Shown here piece after piece: positions 1 through 13,900 of a stretch of DNA of 64,000 nt (its first letter is position 1; each line of letters begins with the position of its first letter). Below the pieces are notes generated by a model, which worked only from the letters and a program-made list of their open reading frames with translations, was not told where the DNA came from and made no database searches. Position numbers and translations under genes: made by a program. Source of the DNA: an uncultured delta proteobacterium (GTDB taxonomy: Bacteria > Myxococcota > UBA727 > VGSZ01); assembly GCA_963775425.1 (NCBI GenBank), contig CAVZJB010000012.1, positions 320,001-384,000 of the forward strand, written 5' to 3'.

Positions 1-440
1 GCCGGCGTCGCGCCTCGGCGAGGAAACGCCGAGGGGAAGTTGTTGGTGAGGATGAGGTACGTCTTGTAGCCCTTGGACAGGAGCAGCCAGTACAGCGGCG
101 TGAGGGGGCTTCGCAGCTTGTGGCGCACGGAGAACGCGAGGAAGCCGCGGTGGAGCGCCTTGGTGCCCCAGCAGTCGGGGTGGATGACGGTGTCTCCGGA
201 GAACAGGATGTCCACCGGCTTTCCCGAGAGCGTCTCGCGCGCGACGCGGATGGTGGAGAAGCCCTGCACCGCGCGGTGCTCGTCGACGAGCAAGATGACG
301 TGCTGCTTTTCGGCGAGGTCGGCGGCGAAGCGCGCGGGATCGACGTTGTCGTAGCAGAGCTGCATGAGCGCGAGCATGCGCGCGCGCGTGTGGTCGTCGA
401 GCGCGGCGCGGGCCACGATCTTATGGCGCAGCCGGCTCAC
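1..440 (-). CDS. Conserved hypothetical protein, probable GNAT-like fold (3' end runs off the window)
   Basis: Not in the ORF track because it lacks a stop. Manual translation from GTG at 440: MSRLRHKIVARAALDDHTRARMLALMQLCY...VQGFSTI...ILFSGDTVIHPDCWG...LYWLLLSKGYKTYLIL. The GTG overlaps the TGA of the upstream gene (GTGA). Confidence 0.75.
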   Translation of the reverse strand, partial: MSRLRHKIVARAALDDHTRARMLALMQLCYDNVDPARFAADLAEKQHVILLVDEHRAVQGFSTIRVARETLSGKPVDILFSGDTVIHPDCWGTKALHRGFLAFSVRHKLRSPLTPLYWLLLSKGYKTYLILTNNFPSAFPRRGATP

Positions 441-1069
441 GTGAGCACCTCGGCGGCGTAGCGCGCCACGAACGCGCCCACCGCGCCCGTGACAGCGGCG
501 TTGCACAGCGCGGTGGCGCGGTTGATGGCGGCGAAGCGCGGGTCGCCCTCGGGGGCGAACCACACACCGTGCGCGCCGGTGGTGCGGCCGCCGACGGCGC
601 CGAAGAAGCGCCAGGCGTGGTGGATCTCGACGGCGAGCGAGCCGACGACGGCGGCGCACAGCCCGAGCGCCCAGCGGTCGATGCCCGGCGACGCCACGGC
701 CTCGGCGACATCGTCGGCACGCCACAGGAGCGCGCCGCCGACGAGGGCGATGGAGAGCGCGCAGTGGGCGATGCCGTACGGCGGGCGCCAGCTTCGCGTC
801 ACATAGAGCATGAACATCTCGACGGCGCCGCGGAGCCACATGAAAGCGGCGAACGCGCCGAGCGCGGTCCGGAAGCAGGGCGCGACGACGTCGTCGAGGG
901 CGAGGGCGGGGCAGACGAGGAACCAGAACCACACGGCGAAGCCGAGCCAGTACGCCTTGGGCGACGACATCGCGCCGCCCATGGCTCCGCGACCCTGGCG
1001 TCTGCGGAACATGGCCGCGAGCGCGGCGACGGCGACCGCGCCGCCGACGATGACGACGAGGGACGTCAT
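437..1069 (-). CDS. Hypothetical multi-pass membrane protein
   Basis: 210 aa with several hydrophobic helices (YWLGFAVWFWFLVCPAL, FAAFMWLRGAVEMFMLY, WRPPYGIAH); stop overlaps the next start. Confidence 0.75.
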   Translation of the reverse strand: MTSLVVIVGGAVAVAALAAMFRRRQGRGAMGGAMSSPKAYWLGFAVWFWFLVCPALALDDVVAPCFRTALGAFAAFMWLRGAVEMFMLYVTRSWRPPYGIAHCALSIALVGGALLWRADDVAEAVASPGIDRWALGLCAAVVGSLAVEIHHAWRFFGAVGGRTTGAHGVWFAPEGDPRFAAINRATALCNAAVTGAVGAFVARYAAEVLT

Positions 1070-1164
1070 CGCGCTCGACCCCCGTCAGCGCGCTCGACCC
1101 TCGTCATCGCGCGCAGCCTCGCCCTCCGCCGGAGGTCGCGCGCGCTCATTGGACAACCTCTACG

Positions 1165-1372
1165 CCGCGGTGACGGGTTGAGCGATCTTCCCGGCGCCGT
1201 CTCCCGGGCTTCGTCGGGGAGGGCCGCGCTCGCTTGCCGGTGAACGGCCCCTGTGAGACCCGCCCCCTCGACGAAGCCGGGAGCCTTGAAGCGGCTACAG
1301 GACGTTGCGCCCGACGATGTTTGCTGACGACGACGGAGCGCCTGTCAATGAGCAACCGATCAAGGCTCCCAG
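1165..1372 (+). ncRNA. IS110 bridge RNA (target-binding loop and donor-binding loop); ends approximate
   Basis: Stem GGCTTCGTCG 1207-1216/CGACGAAGCC 1269-1278 encloses guides CGCGCTC (1225-1231) and CCTGTGAG (1250-1257), which match the flanks. Stem GGGAGCCTTGA 1279-1289/TCAAGGCTCCC 1360-1370 encloses ACAGGACGT (1297-1305) and CAATGAG (1346-1352), which match the element ends. Confidence 0.88.
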
Positions 1373-1406
1373 CCCGGGGGACGGTACCGCAACAAGGAGG
1401 TCCGTC

Positions 1407-2612
1407 GTGTCGTACTTTGCAGGTTTGGATTGGGCGGCGAACGAACACGCCGTCTGCGTCATCGACGACAAGGGCAGCGTCGTGCTCCGCCTCGTCGTCA
1501 AGCACACCGAGGAGGGTCTCACCGGCGCTGTGGCGAAGCTCCGTAGGTTCACTGAGGAAGCGCCGCTGCGCATCGCCATCGAGCGGCCGACGGGGCTCGT
1601 CGTCGACACGCTGGTCGATGCGGGATTCCACGTCGTGCCGATTCACCCGAACGTCGTGAAAGCGACGCGTCCGCGCTACTCGAGCGTTGGCGCCAAGAGC
1701 GACCCCGGCGACAGCTACCTGCTGGCAGACTTGCTGCGCACCGATGGGCATCGCTTCAAGACGCTCACGCCGCTCGGAGACGAGACGAAGGCGCTGCGTG
1801 CCCTCGTTCGCGCACGCGGCGACCTCGTTGCCGAGCGGGTTGCACTGGCGAACCAGCTGCGCGCGCTCGTTGAGAGCTTCTGGGCCGGCGCCGCGTGCAT
1901 CTTCCGCGACATCGACTCGCCCATCGCGCTGGCGTTCCTCGGGAGGTACCCGACACCGCAGCACGCCGAGCGCGTCGGCGAGAAGCGGCTCGAAGCGTTC
2001 CTGGCGCGCAACCACTACTCCGGTCGCAGGGACGTCGCCGAGCTCCTGGGCCGCTTGCGAGGTGCGCCCAGCGGCAAGTGCGGCGAGATGGAGGCCGAGG
2101 CGAAGGGGGAAGCCGTGCAGCACCTCGTCGCGGTCCTCGACATCGTCGTCGCACGTCTCAAGAAGCTCAACGCCGCCGTCGAACACGCCGTCGAGGCGCA
2201 CCCCGACGGGCACATCGTGATGTCGTTTCCGCGCAGCGGACGCATCAACGCCGCGCAGATTCTCAGCGAGCTCGGCGACGAGCGCGCGCGCTTCGACAGC
2301 CACGAGCACCTCGAGGCCGAGGCTGGCGTGTGCCCCGTAACGTTCGCGTCCGGCAAGCACGTCGGCGTCGCGTTCCGGTGGGCGTGCAACAAGCACCTGC
2401 GCTCCGCCGTGACCCTCTGGGCCGACAACTCGCGACACAGCTCGCCATGGGCCGCCGCCCTCTACGACGCTGCCCGCGCTCGCGGCCACGACCACCCGCA
2501 TGCGACCCGCATCCTCGCTCGTGCGTGGCTCCGGGTGCTGTACGCGTGCTGGAAAGCCCGCGTCCCGTACGACCCGGCCCTTCACGGCCGCGCCGCCGCG
2601 CTCGCCGCCTGA
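1407..2612 (+). CDS. IS110-family transposase/recombinase
   Basis: RBS AAGGAGG at 1394-1400 before GTG 1407. RuvC-like DEDD motifs GLDWA, AIERP, KSDPGD; C-terminal AGVCPVTFASGK with the conserved Ser, and RILARAWLRVLYACW. Confidence 0.95.
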   Translation: MSYFAGLDWAANEHAVCVIDDKGSVVLRLVVKHTEEGLTGAVAKLRRFTEEAPLRIAIERPTGLVVDTLVDAGFHVVPIHPNVVKATRPRYSSVGAKSDPGDSYLLADLLRTDGHRFKTLTPLGDETKALRALVRARGDLVAERVALANQLRALVESFWAGAACIFRDIDSPIALAFLGRYPTPQHAERVGEKRLEAFLARNHYSGRRDVAELLGRLRGAPSGKCGEMEAEAKGEAVQHLVAVLDIVVARLKKLNAAVEHAVEAHPDGHIVMSFPRSGRINAAQILSELGDERARFDSHEHLEAEAGVCPVTFASGKHVGVAFRWACNKHLRSAVTLWADNSRHSSPWAAALYDAARARGHDHPHATRILARAWLRVLYACWKARVPYDPALHGRAAALAA

Positions 2613-2635
2613 GATGGCGTGACGCAGCGCGGTGG

Positions 2636-2641
2636 TTGACA
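2636..2641 (+). promoter_or_regulatory. Outward-facing -35 box of the IS110 circle-junction promoter
   Basis: Perfect TTGACA. On circularisation through CTCA it lies 17 nt from CAACCT (1154-1159), upstream of the bridge RNA. Confidence 0.7.
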
Positions 2642-2650
2642 CAGGACGTC

Positions 2651-5596
<2,946 letters not shown>

Positions 5597-5705
5597 GCGC
5601 CGTCGAGCCTACCCGCTGGCGCCCCGCGAGGGCAGCGCCCGGCCGGCGCCCGGCCCTCGCAGCCGACGGTCTTGGTCGCGGCGCGCCGCTGTAGAGTCCG
5701 GCTGC

Positions 5706-6848
5706 ATGCGCTTCGACGAAACCCTCGCCGCCGTGCGCCGGGCGACGCCGGCGGACAACCAGCTCCTCGTCGATCTCATGGCCGAGGTGCCGATGGAGGG
5801 CTCCCTCGTCTTGTCCACGCGCCGCGATCCGGACTTCTTCGCCCTGTACGCGATGCAGCGCGGCAGCGCCGACGCCTTCTGCTACGACGACGGCGCCTTC
5901 GCCGGCATGGGCGCCATCCTCGTGCGCGACGGCTTCCTCGACGGGAGGCCGGCCCCGGTGGGCTACCTCGGCGATCTGCGCACCCGCGGCATGGGCCGCG
6001 CCCGCCGCGCCTTCCCCGGCGTGTTCGCCCACTTCTTCACGGACACCGTCGCGCGCACCGGCTGCGAGCACTTCCTCACCGGGGTGCTGGCGTCGAACGC
6101 GGTGGCGCTGCAGTCGCTGGTGCGCCGCAAGAGGCGGCGCGCGGAGCAGCCGTACTACCACCTGCTCAAGCGCTACCAGATGGCCTCGGTGCAGCTCGTC
6201 CTGCCCCCGCGCCGGCGCCTGCGCCCGCGCGCGGATGAGGGCGGGGGCGTGCGCGTCGACGTCGCCGGCGCGGCGGACGTCGGGGCGCTCGCGTCGTTCC
6301 TCGCGGAAGATCACCGCACGCGGCCGTTCGGCTACCGCTTCGACGCCGGCGAGCTCGAGCACCGCCTCGCAGCCTGGCCGGGCTTCTCCCTCGACGACAC
6401 CTTCGTCGCGCGCGACGACGCCGGCCGCGTCGTCGGCTGCTGCACCGCGTGGGACGCCGCGCCCGTGAAGCGCTACCGCGTGATGCGCTACGCCGGCGAC
6501 ATGCGGCTGATTCGCGCGGGGCTCGCCGTGGCCTCCAGGGTCGTCGGCTGCCCCGCGCTCCCCGCGCCCGGCGGCGACTTCCGCTACCTGTACCTGACGA
6601 ACCTCAGCGTCCTCGACGACAACCCCGCGGTGATGCGCGCGCTCCTGCGCAAGGTCTACGTCCACGCTTGGGACAAGCGCGTCCACTTCTTCTCCTTCCC
6701 GCTGTACGAGGACGACCCCTACGCCGCCGCGCTCGACGGCTTCGTCGTGCGCAAGCTGCCGTTTCACCTCTACGCGGTCACGGCGGCGTCGCGCGCCCGC
6801 ACCGACTGGCCTGCCGGCCGCCCCGGCTTCGAGATGGCGCTCGCGTAG
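5706..6848 (+). CDS. GNAT-like acyltransferase
   Basis: ATG 5706; VRRATPADN...RRDPDFFALY...VGYLGDLR pattern typical of GNAT-fold proteins; divergent from the fusion gene. Confidence 0.65.
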   Translation: MRFDETLAAVRRATPADNQLLVDLMAEVPMEGSLVLSTRRDPDFFALYAMQRGSADAFCYDDGAFAGMGAILVRDGFLDGRPAPVGYLGDLRTRGMGRARRAFPGVFAHFFTDTVARTGCEHFLTGVLASNAVALQSLVRRKRRRAEQPYYHLLKRYQMASVQLVLPPRRRLRPRADEGGGVRVDVAGAADVGALASFLAEDHRTRPFGYRFDAGELEHRLAAWPGFSLDDTFVARDDAGRVVGCCTAWDAAPVKRYRVMRYAGDMRLIRAGLAVASRVVGCPALPAPGGDFRYLYLTNLSVLDDNPAVMRALLRKVYVHAWDKRVHFFSFPLYEDDPYAAALDGFVVRKLPFHLYAVTAASRARTDWPAGRPGFEMALA

Positions 6849-6850
6849 CG

Positions 6851-6890
6851 CGGCAACGAATCCCGTACGCGTCGATTCGCCGCCGATTTT
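6851..6890 (+). terminator. Possible intrinsic terminator
   Basis: CGGC-AA-CGAATC...GATTCG-CC-GCCG imperfect stem followed by ATTTT, immediately after the stop at 6848. Confidence 0.35.
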
Positions 6891-6989
6891 GACCTCCCGA
6901 CTCGCGCCGGCGCGCGATTTGGAGAGACGGAAATCACGGGGCGCGGCGCAGCATTGTGTCCACCCGGGGCTCTCTGCCATGGTCGACAG

Positions 6990-9900
6990 ATGCGCCCCTT
7001 TCGATTCCTCGCCCTGATTCTCCCCATGGCATGCGCGACGGCGACCAGGCCGCCGCCCGCGGCGCCGCCCACGGCGTCCCCGGCGCCGGCGGCGCGGACC
7101 GGGGGCAGGGCCGATCCGGTCGTCATCGAGCTGAGCGAGATCACCGTCACGGTGGACGCCAAGGGCGACGCCGTCGAGGACGAGCACGACGTCTACCGCG
7201 TGCTCGTGAACGATCCGCCGGCGTCGTGGTCGTCCGTGTACGCGGCGTGGCGCCCGTGGGACGACGATCCGCCCACCCTCGACGCCGTCGTCGTCGGCCC
7301 CGACGGCACCACCACGCACCTCGACAAGAAGACCGTCGTGGATCAGCCGGAGCCGCGGGAGGACGGCATCCTCAGCGACGGCAAGATGCGCGTGGCGCCG
7401 CTGCCCGGACTCACGCCCGGCGCCGTCGTCGATCGCCACGTCCGCACCGTCCACCGCGCGCAGCTCGTCGCTGGCTGGTCCACGGGCTTCGGGCTCGCGG
7501 GCGACATCCCCGTCAAACGCAAGCGCATCGTCCTCGACGTCCCCCGTGACGCGCCGCTGTCCATCGCGCTCCTGCACAGCGACCTGAAGCCGCGTCGCGA
7601 GGAGAAGGACGATCGCCTCGTGCTCACGTTCGACAGCGCGCCGGCGCCGCCCTCGCCCGATGTCCCGTTCCTGTCGCCGCGCGAGGCCTGGACGTGGCCG
7701 GTGTTGCGCGTGTCGACGGTGGCGTCATGGCAGGCGGCGGCGCGGGCGTGGACTGCGCGCGCGGAGCAGCAGATCGACGTCGACAAGGTCGCGCCCCTCG
7801 CCCGCAGCATCACCAAGGCGGCCACCACGCGCGACGACAAGGTCAAGGCGGTGCTCGCCTGGCTGCGCCGGAACATCCGCTACACCGGCCTCGAGCTCGG
7901 CGAGTCCGCGTGGGTCCCGAGCACCAGCGCGCAGGTGCTCGAGCGCAAGTTCGGCGACTGCAAGGACCTGGCGCTCCTCACCGTGGCCATGCTGCGCTCC
8001 GTCGGCGTCGACGCCGACGTCGCGCTCGTCCGCTCGAGCGGCCTCGACGTGAGCCCCGAGATCCCGGGCCTCTCCCCCTTCGACCACGCCATCGTCCACC
8101 TCCCCGCGGCGCCGGACCTCTGGCTCGATCCCACCAACCCCTTCATCGCCTACGGCGAGATGACGGGCGCCCTCCTCGGCCGGCGGGCGCTCCTCGCGCG
8201 CGACGACACCACCGGCCTCACCGTCATCCAGTCGCGCGGCACGTCGCGCCTCGACGCCCTCGTGACCACCACGCTCTCCGAGCACCAGCCGGCGCGCTTC
8301 GAGCGCGTGCGCGACACCGACGGCTGGCTGTTTTCGTACCCGCGCGAGCTCGCGATGAAGAACATCGACGAGTACCGGAAGAACCTCGAGAAGTGGGCCC
8401 ACGACGCGCACAACTCCAAGCAGAGCCCGGTCATCGCCCTGGGCGATCCGTTCGCGTCGGCGCCTTTGCACGAGACGCTCACGGTGCCCGACTCGTCCTT
8501 CGGCGTCGCCGACGGCCCGTCGGCCGAGGCGCTCCTCGTCGTCGACCAACTCTTCAACCCTGTCGACGACGTCACGCAGCTCGACGAGGACGGTGACCTC
8601 GCCAAACGAGAGGCGCCGCTGTTCCTGCCGATGACGGCGGACGCCAAGGTGGTCAACCGCGTGGTCCCGCCGCCCGGCTACCGCCTCGAGACGCTGCCCG
8701 ACGACATCGCTCAAGGCGAGGGCCCGGTCGCCATCGGCCTCCACTGGGCCCACGACGGTGACGCCGTCCTCGCCACGCTCACCCTCAAGGAGGCGTCGGG
8801 CACGCTCACCGCCGACGAGGCGCGCGACCTCGTGGCGCTCGTGTCGCGCATCGAGTCGATGCGCGTGGGCTTCAAGAGCACGGTGTTCGCGGCGCTCGAG
8901 CACGGCCGCTATGTCACCGCGGTTCGCGAAGCCAAGGGGCTCACCGGCGCCGGCGACGCGCCCCCCGCGGCGCGCGCGTTGGTCGCCTACGCGCTCGCGT
9001 CGGCGGGGCTCGCGGAGCTCGCGCGGCCGGAGGCGGAGGCCGCGCTGCGCGCCGCGCCCGACGACGTGCTCGTGAGAAATCGTGTCGCCTACGCCTTTTC
9101 CGTCGACGAGCACGGCGTGGAGCTCGGCAAGACGTTCGCTCGCAAGCGCGTGCTCGAGATCTGCAAAGGCACGCTCGACAAGCACCCCGACGACGAGTGG
9201 TCCCAACGGCTCTACGTCCTCGCCGCCGCGCGCAACGAGCACGGCGTCTACCTCGGCCCCGGCGTCGACTTCGACGACCTCGCAAAGCGCGCGCAGAGCT
9301 ACCGCGACAAGACCGAGTCGACGCAGCTCGACGACGTGCTCATCGATTCGCTCCTGCGGCTCCACGCCTGGAAGGAGTTGGCGACGTTGGCGGCCAAGCT
9401 GCAGCAGACGCCGCGGCGCGACGCGGTCTGGCTCGCCGCCGACGTCTCCGTGGACGGCGCGGACAAGGCCATCGCGCACGCCCTCCACGACAAGAGGTAC
9501 AACGACACCACCGCGGGCAACGCGGTGCAGATGCTGCTGATGTCACGCGCGTACGCGAGCGCCGAGAAGCTCGTGAGCGTGGCGGCGGAGCGCAACGGGC
9601 GCGGCGCCGCCGTGCGTCCCTTCGTGGAGCTGATGCAGAAGCTGAAGCCCTGCACCCTCGTGAAGGGTGATCGCAGCGAGCCCATCCTGCGGCTCATGCG
9701 CGGCGTCGTCGACGGCGACGACAAGGAGATCGCCAGCGCGTTCGACGTCGTCGACGAACAGCACGCGCACGACATCGCCACCGGCGCGCGCAACGCGTTC
9801 ACGAGCCAGACACACGGCCAGGCCATCGCCGGCGACACCGTGTGCGACGTGATGCAGACCGCCACCACGCTCAAGAGCGAGCCGCTGCCGCCGTACGGAG

Positions 9901-10943
9901 AGGTCGTCTCGGTGGAGCCGAACCTCCCGGGCATGTTCCCTCCGATGACGGCGCTGGTGGTCCACCACAAGGACGGCTGGCGCATCGTGTCGTCGGCGGA
10001 GGAGCGCCTCGCGGTCGACGCGCTCGACGCCCTCGACCACGGCGACGCTGCGCGCGCCGCCACGCTCCTGCGCGTGCTGCGGCGTGTGAGCAACAACGAC
10101 AGCGCCGTCGTCGCGGCGGCGGAGCACGGCGAGTGGACCACGACCGTGCCGTGGTGGGCCGCGAGCATCGCCGTGCAACACGCACCTACGCGGGGGCGCG
10201 CGCTCGCGTGGATGGCCGCCCACGTCGGCGACATCGCCACGGGGCAGCAAGCGAGCTTCGCGGCGTCGGCGCTGTACACGGTGATGGTCGACGACGGAAA
10301 GCCGCCGCTCGCGCTCGGCAGCAAGCTCGCGGCGAGCGCGTCCGCCGACGTGCACCGCATCGGCGCGCGCCTCGAGATCCAGGCCCTGCGGCGGCTGGGC
10401 CGCTTCGCCGAAGCCAAGGCGCGCGTGGCCGAGGAGCTGAAGCGCACCCCCGACGACACGGTGCTGCAGTCGATGGAGATCAACGTCGCGGCCGACCTTG
10501 GCGACCTGGCGCGGGCGCGCTCGCTCGCGGTGTCGCGCGCGGCCTTGGCCGACGAGGCCCGCGCCGGCGATATGTTGAACAACGCGGCCTGGTACTCCAT
10601 CTACGACGGGCCCGACGACGCGGCGGTGCAGCAGGCCGAGCGCTCGGTGCAGATCAAGGCCAACGCGGCGCGGCTCAACACGCTCGCCGTCGTCGACGCC
10701 GAGCTCGGGCGCTTCGACGAGGCGGCCTCCGCGCTCCATCGCCAGCTCGCCGCGGAGCCCGACAACAACAATCGCCCGCCGCACGCGAGCACGCTCTTCG
10801 TCTTCGGCCGCCTCGCCGAAGCGCTTGGCTACACGGACGCGGCCAAGGCCGACTATAGGAAGATCGTGAAGCGCAAGGACGGCAGCGCCGACGACGTCTG
10901 GCGCCTCGCGCAGAGGCACCTGCGTTCGCTGGCGCACCCCTGA
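6990..10943 (+). CDS. DUF3857/transglutaminase-like domain lipoprotein with C-terminal TPR-like repeats
   Basis: Signal MRPFRFLALILPMAC; triad motifs FGDCKDLA, PFDHAI, WLDPT; helical repeats such as LNNAAWY and LNTLAVVDAELGRFDEA. Confidence 0.85.
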   Translation: MRPFRFLALILPMACATATRPPPAAPPTASPAPAARTGGRADPVVIELSEITVTVDAKGDAVEDEHDVYRVLVNDPPASWSSVYAAWRPWDDDPPTLDAVVVGPDGTTTHLDKKTVVDQPEPREDGILSDGKMRVAPLPGLTPGAVVDRHVRTVHRAQLVAGWSTGFGLAGDIPVKRKRIVLDVPRDAPLSIALLHSDLKPRREEKDDRLVLTFDSAPAPPSPDVPFLSPREAWTWPVLRVSTVASWQAAARAWTARAEQQIDVDKVAPLARSITKAATTRDDKVKAVLAWLRRNIRYTGLELGESAWVPSTSAQVLERKFGDCKDLALLTVAMLRSVGVDADVALVRSSGLDVSPEIPGLSPFDHAIVHLPAAPDLWLDPTNPFIAYGEMTGALLGRRALLARDDTTGLTVIQSRGTSRLDALVTTTLSEHQPARFERVRDTDGWLFSYPRELAMKNIDEYRKNLEKWAHDAHNSKQSPVIALGDPFASAPLHETLTVPDSSFGVADGPSAEALLVVDQLFNPVDDVTQLDEDGDLAKREAPLFLPMTADAKVVNRVVPPPGYRLETLPDDIAQGEGPVAIGLHWAHDGDAVLATLTLKEASGTLTADEARDLVALVSRIESMRVGFKSTVFAALEHGRYVTAVREAKGLTGAGDAPPAARALVAYALASAGLAELARPEAEAALRAAPDDVLVRNRVAYAFSVDEHGVELGKTFARKRVLEICKGTLDKHPDDEWSQRLYVLAAARNEHGVYLGPGVDFDDLAKRAQSYRDKTESTQLDDVLIDSLLRLHAWKELATLAAKLQQTPRRDAVWLAADVSVDGADKAIAHALHDKRYNDTTAGNAVQMLLMSRAYASAEKLVSVAAERNGRGAAVRPFVELMQKLKPCTLVKGDRSEPILRLMRGVVDGDDKEIASAFDVVDEQHAHDIATGARNAFTSQTHGQAIAGDTVCDVMQTATTLKSEPLPPYGEVVSVEPNLPGMFPPMTALVVHHKDGWRIVSSAEERLAVDALDALDHGDAARAATLLRVLRRVSNNDSAVVAAAEHGEWTTTVPWWAASIAVQHAPTRGRALAWMAAHVGDIATGQQASFAASALYTVMVDDGKPPLALGSKLAASASADVHRIGARLEIQALRRLGRFAEAKARVAEELKRTPDDTVLQSMEINVAADLGDLARARSLAVSRAALADEARAGDMLNNAAWYSIYDGPDDAAVQQAERSVQIKANAARLNTLAVVDAELGRFDEAASALHRQLAAEPDNNNRPPHASTLFVFGRLAEALGYTDAAKADYRKIVKRKDGSADDVWRLAQRHLRSLAHP

Positions 10944-10982
10944 CGCGGCCAGGCGGCGCGCCCGCCCGCGCCGGCCCCGGTG

Positions 10983-13900
10983 TTACGTGCGGGGCAAGCC
11001 CGCGGGCTCCACGGGGCCGCCGTCGACGACGACGGGCTTGCCGCCCTGCAGGCGCCGCTGCACGCGATCCATCCACACGAAGAACACGGGCGTCACGAAC
11101 AGCGTGAGGAGCTGCGAGAAGAACAGGCCGCCGACGACGGCGAGGCCGAGGGGCTGGCGGATCTCTGCGCCGCTGCCGATGCCGAGCGCGATGGGGAGCG
11201 TGCCCATGAGCGCGGCCATGGTGGTCATCATGATGGGCCGGAAGCGCACGAGGCTCGCCTCGAGGATGGCGTCCTCCGCGCTCTTGCCCTGCTTTTGCGC
11301 CTCGAGGGCGAAGTCCACCATCATGATGCCGTTCTTCTTCACGAGGCCGATGAGCATGATGATGCCGACGAAGGCGTAGACGCTCAGATCCTCGTGGAAC
11401 ACCAGCAGCGTGGCGAGCGCGCCGAAGCCGGCGAACGGCAGCGCCGACAAGATGGTCAGCGGGTGGATGAAGCTCTCGTAGAGGATGCCGAGCACCAGGT
11501 AGATGACGAGCACGGCGAGGAGCAGCAGGCCGCCCATGCCGTGCAACGAGGACTGGAAGATCTGCGCGCTGCCCTGAAAGCTCGTGGTCACCGAGGGCGG
11601 CACCACGTCGGCGGCCGCCTGCTGCACGATGTCGACGGCATCGCCCAGGGCGGTGCCCGCCTTGAGGTTGAACGAGAGCGTCACGGCCGGGAGCTGCCCG
11701 GCGTGGTTGATCTCGAGCGGCGCCGCCACCGTGTGCAGCGTGGCGAGGTCCGCGAGCGGCACCAGGGCGCCCGTGGCGGACTTGACATAGAGGCGCGACA
11801 GCGCCGCCGGGTCGAGCTGCATCTCGGGCAACAGCTCGAGGATGACCTGGTAGGTGTTGTTGGTCGCGTAGATGGTGGACACCTGCCGCGCGGCGAACGC
11901 GGAGAACAGCGTGTCCTCGACGGCCTCGGCGGAGACGCCCTTGGCGGAGGCGCGGTCGCGGTCGAGCTCGACCTCGATCTGTGGGCTTTTCACCTGGAGG
12001 TCGCTGTTGACGTCTTGGAGCTGCGGCGCGGCGCGCAGCTTCTGCTCGAGGGCGGAGGCGGTGGCGTAGAGCGTGTCGATGTCGGCGCTCTGCAGCGCGA
12101 ACTGGAACTCGCTCTTGCTCAGGTGGTTGCCGAGGCGGATGGACGGCGGCACCTGCATGAACACGCGGATGCCCGGGATCTCGGCGAGCTGCGGGCGCAG
12201 CCGATTGATGATCTCCGACGCCGACGCGCGCTCGCCCCGCGGCTTGAGGTGCAGGAACATCACGCCGGTGTTGGTGGCGCCGGCGCCCCCGCGCGCGCCC
12301 ATGCTCGACATGAACGCGTGCACGCCGGGATCGCGGGCGACGATCGCAGCGGCCGCGCGCTGGTGGCGCATCATCTCTTCGAACGACGTGCCCTCGATGG
12401 CCTGCGTCTGCACGAAGATCTGGCCGGTGTCCTCCGTGGGGAACAGGCCCTTCGGCGACCGCACGAAGAGGAACGCCGTGGCGCCGAGCACGACGACGGA
12501 GCCGGCGAGCACCAGGCCGCGGCGGCGCAGCGAGAAGCGCAGGCCGCGTTCGTAGATGGCGAGCACGCGCGCGAACAGGCGCCCCGCGCCGCTCGCCTTC
12601 GAGGGCGACCCGCCCGACGACGGCTCCGCGGGAGAGTGCGGCGCCGACGACAGCAAGCGCGAGGCGAGCATGGGGGTGAACGTGAGCGACACCACGCCCG
12701 AGATGAGGATGGCGACGCCGATGGTGATGGCGAACTCGCGGAACAGGCGGCCGAGCACGCCGCCCATGAACAACACCGGGATGAACACCGCCGACAGCGA
12801 GATGGTCATCGACACGATGGTGAAGCCAATCTCCCTGCTGCCCGTGAGCGACGCCTCGCGCGGCTCCGCCCCCTTCTCCATGTGGCGGACGATGTTTTCG
12901 AGCATGACGATGGCGTCGTCGACGACGAAGCCCAACGAGAGCGTCAGCGCCATGAGCGAGAGGTTGTCGATGGTGTAGCCGAGCACGTCGAGCACGCCGA
13001 ACGTGCCGAGCAGCGACAGCGGCAGCGCGAGGCTGGGGATGATGGTGGCGCGCACGTTGCGCAGGAAGACGTAGATGACGAGCACCACGAGCACGAGCGT
13101 GACCAAAAGCGTGGCCTGGACGTCGTTGACCGACGCGCGGATGGACGCCGAGCGATCGAAGAGCACCGCGGTGGTGACCGACGCCGGCAACTGCGACTGC
13201 AGCTTGGGCAGCAGCGCCTTGATGGCCTGCGCCACCTCGATGGTGTTGGTGCCCGGTTGGCGTTGGACGGCCAGCACCACGGAGCGCTGGTCGTGCATGA
13301 GCCCCGTCTTTTCGTCGCGCGTGACGAACCAGGCGGCGGTGCGCACGTTCTCGACGCTGTCCACCACGCGCCCGAGGTCCCCGAGGCGGACGGGCGCGCC
13401 GTTCTTCCACGCCACCACGAGCGGCTTGTACTCGGCGGCGCTCTGGAGCTGCCCGCGCGCCTCGATGGTGAAGGCACGGTGGGCGCCGTCGAGGACGCCG
13501 CCGGGGAGGTTGACGTTGGCGGACTGGACGGCCTTGGCGACGTCGTCGATGGACAGGCCGCGCGACGCGAGCGCGTCCGGCGAGAGCTGCACACGCACCG
13601 CGTACTTCTGGGAGCCGTAGACGGACACCTGCGCCACGCCGTCCACCATGGAGATGCGCTGCGCCATCATGGTCTCGCCGTACTCGTCGAGCTGCGACAG
13701 CGGCAGCGTGGGCGACGTGAGGGCGATGTAGAGGATGGGCGACGAGGCCGGGTTCACCTTGCGGTACGACGGCGGCGTCGGCATCGACGGCGGCAGCTTG
13801 CGCGCCGCGCCGGCGATGGCCGCCTGCACGTCCTGCGCGGCGGCGTCGATGTCGCGCTTGAGCGAGAACTGCAGGGTGATGGACGTGGAGCCGAGCGAAG

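Noticed and set aside
1064-1114. Short imperfect tandem repeat (gtcaNcgcgctcgaccc) beside the IS
   Set aside because: It lies wholly outside the element on one side, so it is not a target-site duplication; too short to interpret.
1305-1406. N-terminal extension of the transposase as given in the ORF track
   Set aside because: It overlaps the donor-binding loop of the bridge RNA; the strong RBS and the family N-terminus point to GTG 1407.
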